From contig NZ_RAQJ01000001.1 of assembly GCF_003610635.1 (NCBI RefSeq), positions 348,474 to 372,473 on the forward strand: a stretch of 24,000 nucleotides of DNA, read 5' to 3'. A program made the translations under genes and the position numbers. Source of the stretch: Ichthyenterobacterium magnum. Its GTDB lineage: Bacteria; Bacteroidota; Bacteroidia; Flavobacteriales; Flavobacteriaceae. Below the pieces are notes generated by a model. That model was not told the DNA's origin and did no database searches. It saw nothing but the letters and a program-made list of their open reading frames with translations. Shown here piece by piece: positions 23,164 to 24,000 of the stretch; within the stretch, counting starts at the first letter, position 1; each line of letters starts with the position of its first letter.

Positions 23164-24000
23164 ATGAAAGAAAAACAAAAATTAAGGATAAACGGTCACT
23201 CGCATTTATTACCTTATCCAGAGCAAATTCCTCAATTTATGAAGGAAAAAGAAATTTTCTGGGTAGATGATGAGCGTAAGCACATGTTACAAAAAGGTTG
23301 GAAACGCCCCGTAACCGATTCCAGTTTCTTTTTAGATGAAAAGATTGAATGGATGGAAAAAAACCGTCTGGATCATGCAGTAGTTTTAAATTTATCGCAA
23401 TTATATGGAAACGGTCTTCGCTTAGAAGAAATGAAAAAAGCCTTGCGTTTTCAAAATGATTTTAATGCTAAAGTTCAGCATGATAACCCTGATAAATTTA
23501 CTTGCGGATTTGTAGTTCATCCTGGTTTTATTCATGGTGCTCTATGGGAAATGGAACGTTGTGTAGAAGAACTAGGCATGCACGTTTTGTGCTTACCAAC
23601 ACACTTTATGGATTCTATCGGTCAATGGCGTTGTGTGTTTGACAAAGAAAACGATCCCATTTTTGAGTTAGCAAACAAGTACAAATTAGCCATTGAAATT
23701 CATCCGTACGATGGTGATAAAATGATAAAATTAGAAAACACCAATTGGCGTTTTCATTTAATTTGGATGCTTGCTCAATGTGGTGATGCCTATCATTTTT
23801 ACACTCTAAACGGAATGCAAGAGCGTTTCCCAGATATTAGAACTTGCTTTGCTCACGGTGGACAATTAGCTCAAATGAATTTAGGTCGTCGTATTCAAGG
23901 TTTTGATGGTCGTCCAGATTTATTTGAAGGTAAAACGCACCCTAGAAAAGCAGTTGGTCATCCAAATATTTATTTTGATACACTTGTACACGATACTGAT
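23164..24000 (+). CDS. nbaD: 2-amino-3-carboxymuconate-6-semialdehyde decarboxylase (amidohydrolase_2 family), 3'-truncated by the window edge
   Basis: This gene is not in the ORF track because it has no stop in the window. My translation from ATG 23164 is open for 279 codons: MKEKQKLRINGHSHLLPY...EMERCVEELGMHVLCLPTH...CFAHGGQLAQMNLGRRIQGFDGRPDLF...YFDTLVHDTD. It carries the HxH metal motif and aligns closely with my recollection of human ACMSD (EMERCVKELG, CFAHGGG, RPDL, YTDALVHD). Confidence 0.88.
   Translation, partial: MKEKQKLRINGHSHLLPYPEQIPQFMKEKEIFWVDDERKHMLQKGWKRPVTDSSFFLDEKIEWMEKNRLDHAVVLNLSQLYGNGLRLEEMKKALRFQNDFNAKVQHDNPDKFTCGFVVHPGFIHGALWEMERCVEELGMHVLCLPTHFMDSIGQWRCVFDKENDPIFELANKYKLAIEIHPYDGDKMIKLENTNWRFHLIWMLAQCGDAYHFYTLNGMQERFPDIRTCFAHGGQLAQMNLGRRIQGFDGRPDLFEGKTHPRKAVGHPNIYFDTLVHDTD

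Noticed and set aside
1-24000. Searched for a defence island, prophage or mobile element
   Set aside because: No integrase, transposase, recombinase, restriction-modification, toxin-antitoxin, nuclease/helicase or phage structural genes are present on either strand. All large ORFs have ordinary metabolic, envelope or regulatory assignments. The paired-hairpin elements have terminal inverted repeats, but I saw no target-site duplications and no coding capacity, so I do not call them MITEs.

Overview
This window is an AT-rich chromosomal segment that looks like Bacteroidota, probably Flavobacteriia. Three things support that: there are no Shine-Dalgarno sequences, TAnnTTTG-type -7 promoter boxes recur, and the gene content fits. 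I see no rRNA or tRNA genes, no CRISPR array, and no transposase, integrase, phage or recognisable defence genes.

Nt 1-15.7k is ordinary housekeeping. It holds an aminotransferase (5'-truncated), murB, an ECF sigma/anti-sigma pair, aqpZ, a small Cys-rich membrane protein plus a GT2 glycosyltransferase, a second sigma-70 family factor, lipA-gap, a TPR hybrid histidine kinase, lpxK, Nif3 plus a DUF164 coiled-coil protein, a lipoprotein MsrA, a SAM methyltransferase and a Fer4_19-CDGSH Fe-S protein.

Nt 15.7k-24k is one co-directional tryptophan/kynurenine-pathway cluster: kynureninase, kynurenine 3-monooxygenase, a RidA-family protein (probable 2-aminomuconate deaminase), a 62-aa membrane protein, an ALDH8-like aldehyde dehydrogenase (probable 2-aminomuconate-semialdehyde dehydrogenase), a secreted protein, an atypical SDR, 3-hydroxyanthranilate 3,4-dioxygenase and ACMSD. 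The ACMSD gene runs off the 3' edge and is missing from the ORF track.

The most unusual signal is non-coding. Every sizeable intergenic spacer inside this cluster is filled with repeats:
- Three copies (plus a half copy) of a paired-hairpin element bounded by GTCAT...ATGAC inverted termini. The copies show compensatory base changes, and two of them end exactly at the next gene's ATG.
- Two related heptamer tandem arrays, (GTTAGCA)x9 and (GTGGTTA)x11. Each starts on the first nucleotide after a stop codon, and each places a stop codon in all six frames.
- A 230-nt spacer with nested inverted repeats.

Secondary oddities are an SDR with no YxxxK motif, a DUF164 'zinc ribbon' protein with all four Cys replaced, and a sigma factor whose conserved N-terminus has no canonical start codon (an ATAA junction with the upstream gene).
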